A stretch of 64,000 nt of DNA, from positions 1 through 64,000 of the forward strand of contig LVLI01000141.1 of assembly GCA_001687465.1 (NCBI GenBank). Reading direction: 5' to 3'. Position 1 is the stretch's first letter. Every line of letters begins with the position of its first letter. The notes under the pieces were generated by a model. It saw only the letters and a program-made list of their open reading frames with translations. It had not been told where the DNA came from and searched no databases. Below, in pieces: positions 37,700-50,194 of the stretch. The translations under genes were made by a program, and so were the position numbers. The stretch is from Halocafeteria seosinensis. Its lineage: Eukaryota.

Positions 37700-38063
37700 A
37701 TGGACCCTAATACGCGCTTCGTCCGTAAACACCCCCATGCACCGCAGGAGCAACGTTCCTACGGGGATCAACGCAGCGATGCTGAAAAGAAGTGCCAGCG
37801 ATTAGCATGTGATTTACAGAGCTGTCTGGAAAGGCATACGTACGTATAGCAGCGTTATGGATTGAACAAAGTCAGCAGCTTATCTCTGCTGTTGTATTCA
37901 ACGCAGATACGACCCGAAGAAGTGTGATCTTCATGTGGAGAAGTACAACCAGTGCCTCAAGAGTTACCAGAGCCAACACAGTCTAGACGACTATAGCGGA
38001 TCGACGAAGATAGCCACGCCAAAAGATACGGCAATACCAGCCTCCACGAAATTAACGCATTAA
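37700..38063 (+). CDS. CMC4: Twin Cx9C mitochondrial intermembrane-space protein, CMC4/MTCP1-p8-like
   Basis: Spliced KKCQRLACDLQSCLERHTYDPKKCDLHVEKYNQC. Missed by the ORF track because of an intron. Confidence 0.8.
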
Positions 38064-38296
38064 GCTCTCACAACGCAAGAGATTAGAGGCGTCGCGGTTG
38101 AAGATGGAATTGATAAAAACCTTCTCTAAGTTGTTCTTCGGAATGGCTTCTATATCTACAGGCACGTTAATAATGACACAAATACACATGAGGAAGAAGC
38201 CACACGCTCAATGTATCGCGCAGCCACTTGCTTGAGGCTGTGCTTCCTATAGGTAGCCATACATACATGGGTGAGTGTTGAAGTGAAGGCACCTCC

Positions 38297-40373
38297 TTAC
38301 AGCGACTTCACCCAATAGGGCAGTGGACTTGTGAACGACCACAGCAGATCTGAATCTTTGGCAACAGGGACATGTTCGTAGCAGCACGCATGAAGCCATA
38401 ATCCCATGCACTGAAGCTGCATAACGTTGAAATCATTAACGTCTCCTCGCAGAGTACATCCATTTCGTAGCTCAAGTGCCAGATCTCCCAAAACCTTGTC
38501 GGGAGCAAACGTCTCCGTTTCTACGTCTGGCGTATCTTCCGACATTTGGGGCAACTTTTGTCCTTGAATAGAATCAAGGTTTTCTTTTGATAGCGGAACA
38601 TAATATGGATTCTTATATTTCCAAGAGTGCTCGTCGGACGAGCCGCTTACGCTCTTCTCGTTGTGCAGTATGCTTGAATCTGAAGTAGCCTCGCGCTCAT
38701 AGGTTAGGTCTTGTACAGCTGCCCGGGCCGCGTCCTTTGAGGGATCTGTGGAAGCACTATCGACAGAGCTCAAAGGTTTCCAATAATAGGGATCATTGGA
38801 TATAGGATAACCTATCGCCTGTAAATGGACACGGATCTGGTGAGTTCTTCCAGTTACAGGCATACAAAATACAACGCTGTGGCCCTCGTCACCTCCTTCG
38901 GGGTCGAAAGAAATAATTCTAAACACCGTTAGAGAATTTTTCGGACCACCAGGAAGGCTTTGGGTGTTACGTGTCTTCCGATGAGTATCAGTGTAGTCGT
39001 CTTCCTGACCCTTGATGGCAATACCCTGGATACCGCGTTGCGGCTCCACATTACATAATGCGCCATACACGCAAAGCCATTGAGATTCGCGAAAGGCTCC
39101 CATTTGTTTCCCTTCATTTACTTTATTGAACAAATCGGAATATCGATCCTCTATTTTCCGAAGTTTAGACCCTAGAGTCTTTGTCTCCTCCTCGTCCATA
39201 CATAATTCTCGCCCGACGGTTTGTATCCGTTCTGAATCTTCTGTTTCATTCGGATGTACCCAAGTATATTTGACCTGCTCCTGTAAGAACGGGTGAATTG
39301 TTGGCACCGACTCATACGGAGAATCACCATTGTCAGGCGCTTTTTCAAAGCTGCCTACGGGGAAGTGCTTGCTAGTTCTGGCGACATAAATCTTCCGTAC
39401 GTCTCCAGAGCGTATCAACTCACTATACTTCGCAGTTGCCTCCTTGTTTTTTCCTAGCAATACAAGTCCGGAAGTCAGTCTGTCCAGGCGATGAAGAATG
39501 TATAGTCCAGACAGCGCAGGCATTGAGGGCGGTTGGACTGGTGCCAGGTCATTGTTTCCTTTCGCATCAAATGGGAGAAAACGAACAAATGGCCATTTTT
39601 GAAATGGACTATTCGTCTGTTCCTTAGCCTCTAAATGCCTCCAATCTTCATAGATGCCCTTTTTCAGCATCGGCGACTGTATTGGTAAGTGGTGACAAGC
39701 TTAACAACTGTACCTCAGGCCGGCATCGCAGAACCCCAGAAACTTACAATTGAAAGCTCGTTGTAGCCTCCACAAGGGTGAAGTGGCATACTGGGAGGTT
39801 TGACAATCACCATGAGTTCATCGGTTTCGGCTATCACCTTAGGCCACTCTGGTAACACCGGAGGTTCAAATCGAAGAATCTGTATTTCGGCGGACAGGAA
39901 AGCGTAAGTACGCACGGTTCCCGTTGCCTCTCCGTGAATTTCGACGACTTACCCGATGGTAAACAACTTGACTATCTCGACATTGCGTCTGATGGGTGCC
40001 TCTGGAGCGTTTGCCTTTGAATTCTACGCAGAACGCGCCTTTCGAGAGAGCTTTGTCCTGCATATATTCACTTTAATTCCATGGCTCATCGATTCGGCAG
40101 CTCAGTGGCCTTTAGACATACCACGTATTTCTCCGAGTGACGCCCAAAATCTGTTGTGAAGATATCGAATAAGTTCCTCCCGATCCATCTCTTCTTAACA
40201 TTGCAGTGGTACGTAAAAAAGTATCCTTGTACTCGCAAGAGGCCAAAAAAGTCCCTGTAAAACATGACGTCTTCTCGTCGTGTATGAGTGGTCTTTTCGA
40301 GTCGCTTATCCCTGTATGAAGTGGTGGTCTCCGAACTACTCGACGCTTGGAGCTCGCTCGTTTCTGAGCTCAT
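38297..40373 (-). CDS. RluA-family pseudouridine synthase (RPUSD2-like)
   Basis: [11 protein letters not shown], catalytic [36 protein letters not shown]. Confidence 0.92.
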
Positions 40374-40698
40374 TCTAACATCAACAAGGACCACAACGGT
40401 GACTTCGGACTCCTGTGTCAGTAACGCATAGTTCCCATTATCTTATTCGCAACAAATCAACGTAGTGTGGTATATTTCAATTGGTAGAGTCACTGAGCTT
40501 GTGAAGCAAAATTGAATGCAACACAACGACCATGGCTTCTGGAAGCAGAAGACCAAGGGAGGTAATTTCATGGAATAGTGACGTTCATCGCTGATGAGAG
40601 TATGCCCTTCCGAATTGTTGAATCTCAGTCATTCGAAGGGATGCTAGAGCCTAGAAACCCGGCCACCGGGCGGCTCACATCCGCAGTTACTTCTCCAC

Positions 40699-40900
40699 GG
40701 AGAATTCAAACAGCCAATCTGGTGTTTTGATGGACATAGCGAACACCATCTAAATCCCAACTGTTTTGTCGCGATAGCGTGTGGATAAGAATAGCCAAAT
40801 AAACCACGTACTCGGACCTTTGCCCGCTAGCCTCAACGACGGCACTTGATCAGCCGGATACCAAATGGTACCGTAGATCCCTAATCAACTGTATAAGGCA
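40699..40900 (+). mobile_element. Possible pogo/Tigger-type (DDE_1) transposase fragment
   Basis: WCFDGHSEH, then after a frameshift PLASTTALDQPD..RSL, resembling LDGHSSH and LPPxTTSxLQPLD. Contains stops. Confidence 0.4.
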
Positions 40901-41219
40901 CGGAGGAAGGAAGACCGGTTAGCAATTGGGATAAAAAGCGCGGATGGCAAGTTAACTTGGCAGAGTTGGTTTCCGTATTGGCTCGTTAAATAAATGTACA
41001 GCTTGTACAGGAATATGAAGTCAATTGGGTGCGTGGTACTCTCATCGGGTACCATATGGTATTAAATTGTTTCGCTAACATGTGTCAGGGCTCTTTGGTC
41101 CCGGACCGACGACAAATTGACTTATCTGCGGTCTGTGTTGTATGGGGTACGATGGGTTGGAAGCCAAACGCGAAATTGGGCTTCATCTCGGCTTCTATTG
41201 CGCTCGTCCAACTTGAGAC

Positions 41220-41910
41220 ATGGGCACTTATATCGATACACGTAGGCGAAGGCAATGCTCAGGGCATACTCATTCATCCGATTTAGTTTGGCTAAAACAT
41301 GTGCAGTGAACGGTCGAATACTGCAGCAAAACACTGGTGTGCCCATAAGTCCAGTGAAGTCACACATTTGATGATGATGCTGGTCTCAGGAAACTGAGAT
41401 AAAAGTGAGCGGTATACCGTTGGACCTGAATTTGATACGTCGCAATATTAGTGACATACATCTTCCAGAAATCTACGCATTTCAAGTCCTAGTGCGACAA
41501 CTCGCCTCGCAGTTACTGTAGCCACAATGCGGGCGACTACATGAGATAGATTCGGGGACAGATTCACCCTTCAAGAAACGCTCAATTGTACCCTTAACCG
41601 TAGTGCCTTCATTCCCAACCGTTCGCGCTTGTAGTGGCACGAAATCACGAAATAGCGGGTCCCGTAACAAGGCGTTCATAGTGCAGTCCTGAAGCTTGTC
41701 CACTTGCAAACTTTCAGATCTGCGAGGCTTTGACCTCTAGGTTTCATCCTGTCATATTCGAATAATTTACCACACGCTTTTGGAGACGACGACTCACCAA
41801 ACATGGTTCCCAGAATGGAACCTAGAAACTCGCCAGTGGCTTTTATCGTTCGCATGTGGGTAAATTCGCCAAAGTGCGGAAGCAACTGATGGTTAAGCAT
41901 GTTCATCAAG
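41220..41910 (-). pseudogene. Decayed ubiquitin-specific protease (peptidase C19)-like sequence
   Basis: Ordered USP-like blocks GEFLGSILG, DPLFRDFVPL, TVKGTIERFLKGE..C..C, SLILRRIKF, CDFTGLM...FTAHV and AFAYVYR, with in-frame stops. Confidence 0.45.
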
Positions 41911-42835
41911 AAGTAAAAGAATTATTTGGAACTGAAGAAAAGGAGAGTGGACTGGAAATTTATCTCCCTCATGACCATGAGAACTCTGGCAAAAAGCTGC
42001 GAATACATTGTTCCCAATAGAACTCTACTTGTTTAGAGCCCCTTTCTTACCAAGGAGTTTCAAACGTTTGAGGATCGAGCCACTGAGGCCTCCGATGAGG
42101 AAGTCCCTCCCCTACGTCTTCCTCCCAGCAACAATGAAGAATTTTCAGAAGAACAGGGTGGGTTTTCTTTGCTGACGTTTTGGAAGAAGTATACATATAG
42201 TTTCCCAGTTCTGAGACTTGTGGTGAGGTGGTTGCTGGCTATACCAACAACTACAGCTGCTGCCGAAAGCTTTTTCAGTATTGGTGGCACTAATCATGAG
42301 AAACAAAGGACTCCTTTGAGTAGCGAACGGATTGCAAACATAATGGTCGTCTGATATGTAATCGCATTGGCACGTTGCAGGAGAATACATGTAGAAAAAG
42401 GAGAAGTATCAGAAGAGTACCACGGTAGTGCATCACTCCTGTAAGGCTTGTGCCCGATTGAAATATACTTAAGTATCTGTATACGCCCACCATTGTACAC
42501 AGGAGAATTTGAAAGCGTTAACCCCAATGACCGACCCGTGGCCACCGAAACATTCGGTCACGGTCGGGTTCTGCCCACGTCTGGAATGTCCGGGGGGACG
42601 TGAAGTAAATCACGACAACCCGGGACGGCACGCGCGGCGGTATACTCGGTCACAACGGTGGGTTTGCTTACATCCCTAGGGGAATAAAGGACATCTCAGC
42701 GGAAGTTTCTATCTGGATGTCGGTTGTGGGGGCGTTGATGTCCATGGAGTGTGCAAGATTCGGGGCTCCAAAGGAAGAAGGGGTTTCTTTGCGAGGTGAT
42801 TAGCTTTCTCTTCAACCACATTATACAGCAGGAAA

Positions 42836-44748
42836 ATGCGACACAGTGTTACCCATGTTAAACTCCAACTCAAGAAACGGATGACTCGGTCCTCTACTTT
42901 CTCTGGAGAACCGTCGGATACAGCAAACGTGAATGGAGTAGCGCTTAGGGCTTCCACCTTTACCGCCACGTCCTGGGGTAAAAGAGGACTACGCGATCGC
43001 AGCATCTACCGCCAGTCCCCTGAACAGGTCCTCCTTCAGGCAGCATGTAGAAAGGAACTAGATGAGACACATTTGTCCAAGGAAATAAAAGAGAAGGCTG
43101 ATAACCTCCTAATACCGTCACAAACACCTGAGAAATTACGAGGTCTCTCGAGGGAGACTCGGTTGGTGGATGCGATCCTCAGAACGTATACCTCTGTCAA
43201 GGTGGACGAGATCAGAACTGAAGTAAGGTGGTAACTGGAGATGCTTGAAGGAGAATTGATAGAATATCCTGGTTCATTTGTTATGTATTGTCTTGCAGTA
43301 TCACCAAACGTTACTTCACTTAGCTTCCTCTGTTGCCGGGAATCATGAGCTGGTCCGGCTGTTACTAGATAAGTGGGGTGCAGACCCGCTGGCCACAGAT
43401 TGGGTACGGTCACTGAGAATGTATTGCAAACTCTTCGTTGCCCAATAGACTTCTTTTACTTGCCTGCGCAGACAATGCGGACTCCGTTGCACTACGCAGC
43501 GGCTGTCGGAGCAGCCGCTACAGCCTCAGAGTTACTGCGAAAGCTCTCCGGAAGTGCTCATATTAACAAATGCGTAAGGTTGACCGCTAAGTGACAGGAT
43601 ATTACATGGATACGATATGACTTGTCTGGGTTTACAGGATGATTCAACGGAAAGTCCGCTACACGAGGCGGCTGCTCACGGGAACGCCAGTGTGTTGAAG
43701 GTTCTGCTTCGGGAGGAGAAACTGGACATCGATATGGCTGACGAAGTATGTACAGTAAGAGTGAAGCAATATTAGCTTGCGCATGTAGTTTATAGCATGC
43801 TTGCAGCACGAAAGAACCGCATTACATAAAGCAGTTGCGTATGGGCACTCGAAGCTGGTGACGATGCTGTTGAAAGAGGGTCATGCCGATCCTGACGTTG
43901 AAGATGAAGTAAGTTAGGAGGGACAAACTGTTGGTTCATGTTTTTTTGTATCTGTTCATTCGAACTGCAGGAGGACTTATGCCCGCTTCACTACGTTGCT
44001 TCACCATCCTTGTATCCTCAATCGCGCAAGACCTCTGCAGCAGTATGCACAGCTCTTATTGAGCACGGAGCCAAGGTTGAATGCCATAGCGAGGTAGGAA
44101 ACGGAGCAGCATGCGTTACAAATAGAGCTACTGATATTAACACCGTGTTGGTTGTTTCTAAAGCAGAGCTGGCGCAATGAAACGCCTTTGCATATGGCTG
44201 CACTCGAGGGTCACCTTGAAGTAGTGTCGATCCTATTACAGAAAGGAGGTGCCACCATCAACAGTAGACAAGAGGTAAGACTAAGCTTAATCATACGCCT
44301 GGAAGATGCATCTGTATTTGCTCTTGTTGCAGCATAACAAGACGCCGCTCCACTATGCGGTAATGAGAGAAGGAAACAGTGAAATAGTACAATTGCTAGT
44401 TAAGAGCGGTGCCGACGTTTCTGCACAGGACGATGTGAGCACACGATCCTTAATTATATCTGCGACGACTGTGTGCAAATACCTATCGCTCCCACGACTG
44501 TTGCAGGAAGGGAAGACTGCACTGCATTACGCTGTCGAGTACAAAGAGACAGGGACTGTTAGGGTCCTACTATGCAGTGGGGCAGATCCATCGATGCCAG
44601 ATGGTGTAAGTGCAACTCAATTTCTTTTGATAACTTCAAGTCATTGAATAGCAGCGGTCACACGCAGTTTGGTGTTAAACCTCTGGACATTGCTCGTGAC
44701 AATAGAACCCAGAGCATTTTAAATCTGCTCCAAAAGACTGATACCTGA
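42836..44748 (+). CDS. Ankyrin-repeat protein, one repeat per exon
   Basis: RTPLHYAA, ESPLHEAA, RTALHKAV, ETPLHMAA, KTPLHYAV and KTALHYAV, each in its own phase-0 exon. Confidence 0.9.
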
Positions 44749-45101
44749 GAGACTGTTGACTTGCAAGTCTACCAAGACTACCTATGGTCTGTCCGGGAAG
44801 ATGCTTTAAAGTGCATTACTAGTATTGTGGACATTTGCCGTAATTGGTCAAAACGCCACCATAGTAAACTGGAGTGCAGAATTGTTTGCTTCTTTTGTAG
44901 AGAGTAGAGTCTCAGACTGTCAGTAGACACATCCCTGGGATTGAAGTTTGCCTCCTCACCCACCGCGTGTGCACGATTAAACAATGACACGTATTGGTTG
45001 GTTGTTGTCCGTCCACCAACGATCGTATATAATTGTATCAAATACGTATGGCCATCTTTGTGTAGTATTTCGTAGACGTAGCAGTCTCTCTCGAAGAAGA
45101 T

Positions 45102-46532
45102 ATGGACGACCCTGTAGCAGCAGCTGTGACTTCATCCACGACGCCTGGTTGCGCCAAACGTGCCGAAGTGTCTATAATTCGATGCCGTACGAGTGGACAG
45201 TGTGATTTACCCGAAAAGCTCGATGATGGTCGCGTTCGCGTCCAAACTATTGCTACCCGTGAAGCAATGCTTCGATGGGATTCTCCCATCAAGACCATAT
45301 TAGTCGTGAAGAAGCTCCATGATACAGAATCGGCTCGGATAGTTATGCAGATAGGCACATGGCTAATGGTATGATCGCCTCCCCTCTGAGCTACTTGGCT
45401 TTTGTGTTACCAGGTTGAATGACTTCTGTGCTTGCAGAAGCACTATGGAATCACCGTATGCACGCTTCCTTCTTCGACGGATCCCCAAAAGTCTAGTTTA
45501 CAACGCTATAAAGCGTACATGGAACCAGAATTAGCAGATTCTGTTGAGTCCTTCCAGATCTTAGGAGTCGAGCAGTCGGTGGATAATGTTGACCTTGTAA
45601 GCGTTAATTCTAGGGTATGCATCTCGAAGACGACAGAAAGTATATCCGTTTTTGCGCAGATTGTGGCTGTGGGAGGCGACGGCACTGTTTTGCACATTTC
45701 TTCCCTGTTTTGCCACTCGATGCCCCCAGTGTTCTCGGTAGCAGGAGGGAGCTTGGGTTTCATGACTATGTTTTCGCCAACGGAAGCGAAACACCATCTA
45801 GCGAGGGTGTTAAACGGGCAGAAGGAACCTGTCAGCGTCTCTATAAGGACAAGGATCTTGGTGAAAATATATAAGAACGTAAAAAACCTTGAAGGAGAAG
45901 CAACGATTCCACCGGCGGAGTCAGAGTTTGAGGAGGAAAATAATGTAAGATTACGGAATTCGAGACAATGCTTGAACGAGCTCCTGATTGATAGAGGGCA
46001 GAGTCCGTTCTTAACTACTCTTGACGCTTTCGTGGACGACGAACCTGTAAGTGAACTGGAAAGGGAAGAAGAAAGGTCTCAATGGCCCTATATCTTTAAT
46101 AGTTTTCTATTGAATTTGCAGCTCACTGCTGTCCAAGCAGACGGTATTTTAGTTGCTACTCCGTCTGGGTCGACTGCCTACTCCTTGTCTGCTGGTGGAA
46201 GCATCTGCACAAGCACTGTACCGGCGCTACTATTCACGCCTATTTGCCCTCATAGCTTGTCCTTTCGACCTGTTCTTTTCCCTGATAGCAGTACAATTAA
46301 ACTCTGCGTACCAAATGATGCTCGTGCCGCAGCTTTTGCTCATTTTGATGGAAAGGATAGTATCAAGCTCCAATCCGGAGACTGTGTTGTCGTATCTATG
46401 AGTGAATGGCCAATGCCCCTAATTAATAAAGAAAGCACAACGAAAGATTGGGTCAATGCGATCACCCAGAAGTTGAATTGGAATATACGGGAAGCTCGAC
46501 AGAAAGCCCTTGAAGCACCAACGGATCCTTAA
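45102..46532 (+). CDS. NAD+ kinase (start approximate)
   Basis: GGDGT, GSLGF, LNE, ADGILVATPSGSTAYSLSAGG, PICPHSLSFRP. Confidence 0.92.
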
Positions 46533-46995
46533 AGAGTTCCGTTCTGAAAGCGTTTGAAGCGGGGAAATGGACCAATGGTCAAAAAATGGTCATACCAGGT
46601 CAGTCCATGGTCCACTGGGTAGTGGTTATTAAGTGTTGAGTCAACTTGAGTGACAGGCTGACAGCTTGGGTCAACCAACACCTGAGATTCAACTTGAGAA
46701 TTGGCCTTGATCTGCCAATTTTAGCTGATCATCAAACTGTGAAGAACGAGTCATACCATGATTCGTATGTATCGGCGTTCATACCACTGCTACTTGTACC
46801 GACCAAGCAACTCTTTGACCACTCTCCGCTCCGAGAGTCTGACGGTCCGTGACGGAGACTCGGAGTTTCGGCGGCCGCAGCCGTTAATCAAACGGGTGGT
46901 CACCACGCCTTTGGGGACAAATTTTTCGAATTCAATTGTTTCTGTGGTTTGACACGAAGAGAACTTTCCAAATTTAACGAACAAGAAAACGTTAA

Positions 46996-47588
<593 letters not shown>

Positions 47589-47625
47589 TCGCTTTCCAAG
47601 CTTCTCCGAGGGAGCTCACCAAAAC

Positions 47626-47641
47626 GGTGCTTTTAAGCACC
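47626..47641 (+). promoter_or_regulatory. Histone mRNA 3' stem-loop
   Basis: CCAAAAC-GGTGCT-TTTA-AGCACC-ACC, 37 nt after the H3 stop: 6-bp stem, 4-nt U-rich loop, A-rich 5' flank, ACC 3' flank. Confidence 0.85.
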
Positions 47642-47849
47642 ACCTCAGTTCTTCAATCAACACCAGGCAGTTGTACAAGTACACCAAGAGGTGATAATAC
47701 GATAGTGTCTGCTATTGTTTCCTAGAATAATGACGCGCATACTAGCGTGAATTACACAAGAAGAAACACGTGAGGAGATTCTTTCCAGCAAAGAGTCAGT
47801 GTGACACTAGCTCAAAAAAACTTTGTTCCAGAATTTACTAACGGATTCT

Positions 47850-49863
47850 TCACTTTGCTGGCATACCTTCCAAATCTAGTTCGATCTCCCTAGCAAAGTT
47901 CTGTGAATACATAACGTCCATAATTTATCTCCTAAGAAACATGTCCCATTACGCTTATCACTACATACTTCGTCACAGACGGCAGGCGTTGCCATGGTTG
48001 CGATGTACGTGCATTTCTCCGGCTCGATCACATTTAGAATTTGATTTTCCAATCCACACTCCAAGTCAACACGAAGAGAGCGCCTGGGTCCGTTCCAGCA
48101 GTTCGAGCCATTTTCAAAGTGCATCACAGTGTAGTTGTCCGTGAAGCCCGAGAACCGGCTGCGGTGTTGGAGACAAAGTAGATAACCATTTGAATATGAT
48201 GATTCGCAGGCTATAGTATTTCGTTCACCTACCCGAGATTCACGGAGTCTTGTTTCGCCTCTTCGAATGGACAGATCGTGTACTTGTACTGCTGAATATC
48301 TGCCTTCAAGCACTGCCCATCAAGATGATAGAATTGTCGTTCCGGTCCGTAATCCTTCCTGGTCAATATCAAAAAGAAACGCCTTCATAATTCTTTCCTG
48401 GCAAAGAGAATATGCCCTTTGAATAATTGTAACGCACTTGTGCTTTCCCTCTTCTTTTTCGATTTTGTCTTCCACTTCCTTTCGTTTTTCTTCCATGCTG
48501 TCGAAAGCCTCCCTCGCTGATTTTGCTTCGTCAGTTTCAAAATTTTCCGTGTCGTCTTCCTCCGGAAACTCAACTGCATTTTCCGCCGCTTCGGTGTCTT
48601 CGCCTGTATGACGTAAAGCACCCGGAAGCATTTCTGATGGAAACTCGGACCGCTGTCTACTCGTATGTCTTACCTTTCGCTTCTGCCGTTTTCCTGGCTC
48701 GAGACTTCAAGGTTTCCTCAAACAGTTCTTGCTGATCGTGCTCCAGTACAAAATCAATTATCTGCAAATGATATCGAAGCTTATACTAAGGAGCGTGCAC
48801 ACCGACAAGAGGGGTGGTATCCACATACAAGGCTTCTTAATTGGTCAGCATCGAGCTTATCAAGTCCACTCTTTTCCGCGAGTCGTTCATGAACGTTTTG
48901 AGAATATTTTTCTTTTTCTTCCTTTTCCCGAGCTTCGGCTTCATCTTTGGTCTGCGAACCACGCCGTCAAGTGAATTCCTGGAACTTTTCCCTCCGCCCA
49001 TCGTTGTCCATACCTGTCGCAGTTTTTCCAACTGTTGGTTGACTCCTTCAAGCTCGCCTTTCAAGGAAGCAACCTTTTGCTCCACATTCTGGAGAGCCGC
49101 AGATGCCTCATCCATGTATTGTTTTTTGATTCGTGCACCTGTTAAGGGTGATTAAGATACACATGAGTAAACCAACTCTACGAAACTGGAACCATACACA
49201 ATCCGAGACACACCCTCTTCCATCAGTTTTATCTTTTCACTTTGTGCCTTTCTCCACTCAGCACCATCTTCTTCGCACGTGTTTTGACATTTGTAGGGAC
49301 CATTTAACTCATCGCTAGCATCGCAGCTGGAAGCAACAAACAGCCATACCCTAAAGGAACCAGGAAAGCATCGAGGCTGATGACAACTACTTACCAGTCG
49401 CAAACGCCGTCATTTACCCTGGAAGAGGGTATATGTTTCCCTCGAAATCCTCTGTTCACGCAGTAGAACTGGCCATTGGGGCAAGCAGCTGCAAGGACCG
49501 AAGCGAAGGTTTCTCATGTTTCCAATATTTCAACCCTTTGACAAAAGAGAGCCACATACAAGTTCCTGGTTCATCTGTACCATCCTTGCAATCACAATAA
49601 TCGTCATTGACCCTATGGTGGGGGATAGACTCCATGCTTTCCAAGCATTGGAAAGGCTGTAGGGATAACATGTCCATAGATACAGTGTTTCCAGAACTAG
49701 TTTCGAGGCAAATACGTACATCTTTGGCATACAGTTCCTGTTTAGAAGCTGGCACACCTAGGACGGCGGCTGTATCTTCCCCATGGCCTTGTGCTATCAA
49801 CGTGAGACCCAGAATAAGCAGTCCTACACTGCTGGTGCCTGAGAGAGGCTTCCTGAAGATCAT
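47850..49863 (-). CDS. PRKCSH: Glucosidase II beta subunit
   Basis: Signal peptide, [25 protein letters not shown] domain [11 protein letters not shown]...EPEKCTY. Confidence 0.92.
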
Positions 49864-50194
49864 GGTAGTCTCTCCCGAGTTGGATACGATGTTCACTTTT
49901 CTTTCAAGTTTCTAAAGAGAATATGTACTTGCAAGACAACGAATCGCTCCTAGAATCGGCAATACTACTATGATGGCATTGAGTGGTACTTGTCCGCTGG
50001 TACATTGGATGGTAGAAGTCTGGAACGGAGTAGTGAGTGACAACCCGCTGAGGTGAATAGCTACAAGACGGATGGACGTCAACGGTACGCTTCCGGACAC
50101 CAGCCAACAGTGTGCATTGCACCGAATGTGGTTAGGAACCATGAGAGGCGATGGAGCTGTACTTCGTGTACACTATTCACTTGTATATGCTTCA

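Larger units (their letters stand above)
40560..42583 (+). mobile_element. Degenerate hAT DNA transposon relic (fragments of transposase plus one putative terminal inverted repeat)
   Basis: FIADESMPFRIVESQSFEGML (40584-40660). hAT dimerisation motif LLTFWKK..FPVLRLVVRWLLAIPTTTAAAESFFS..R (42169-42354). Putative right TIR TGCCCACGTCTG ending at 42583. Confidence 0.8.
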
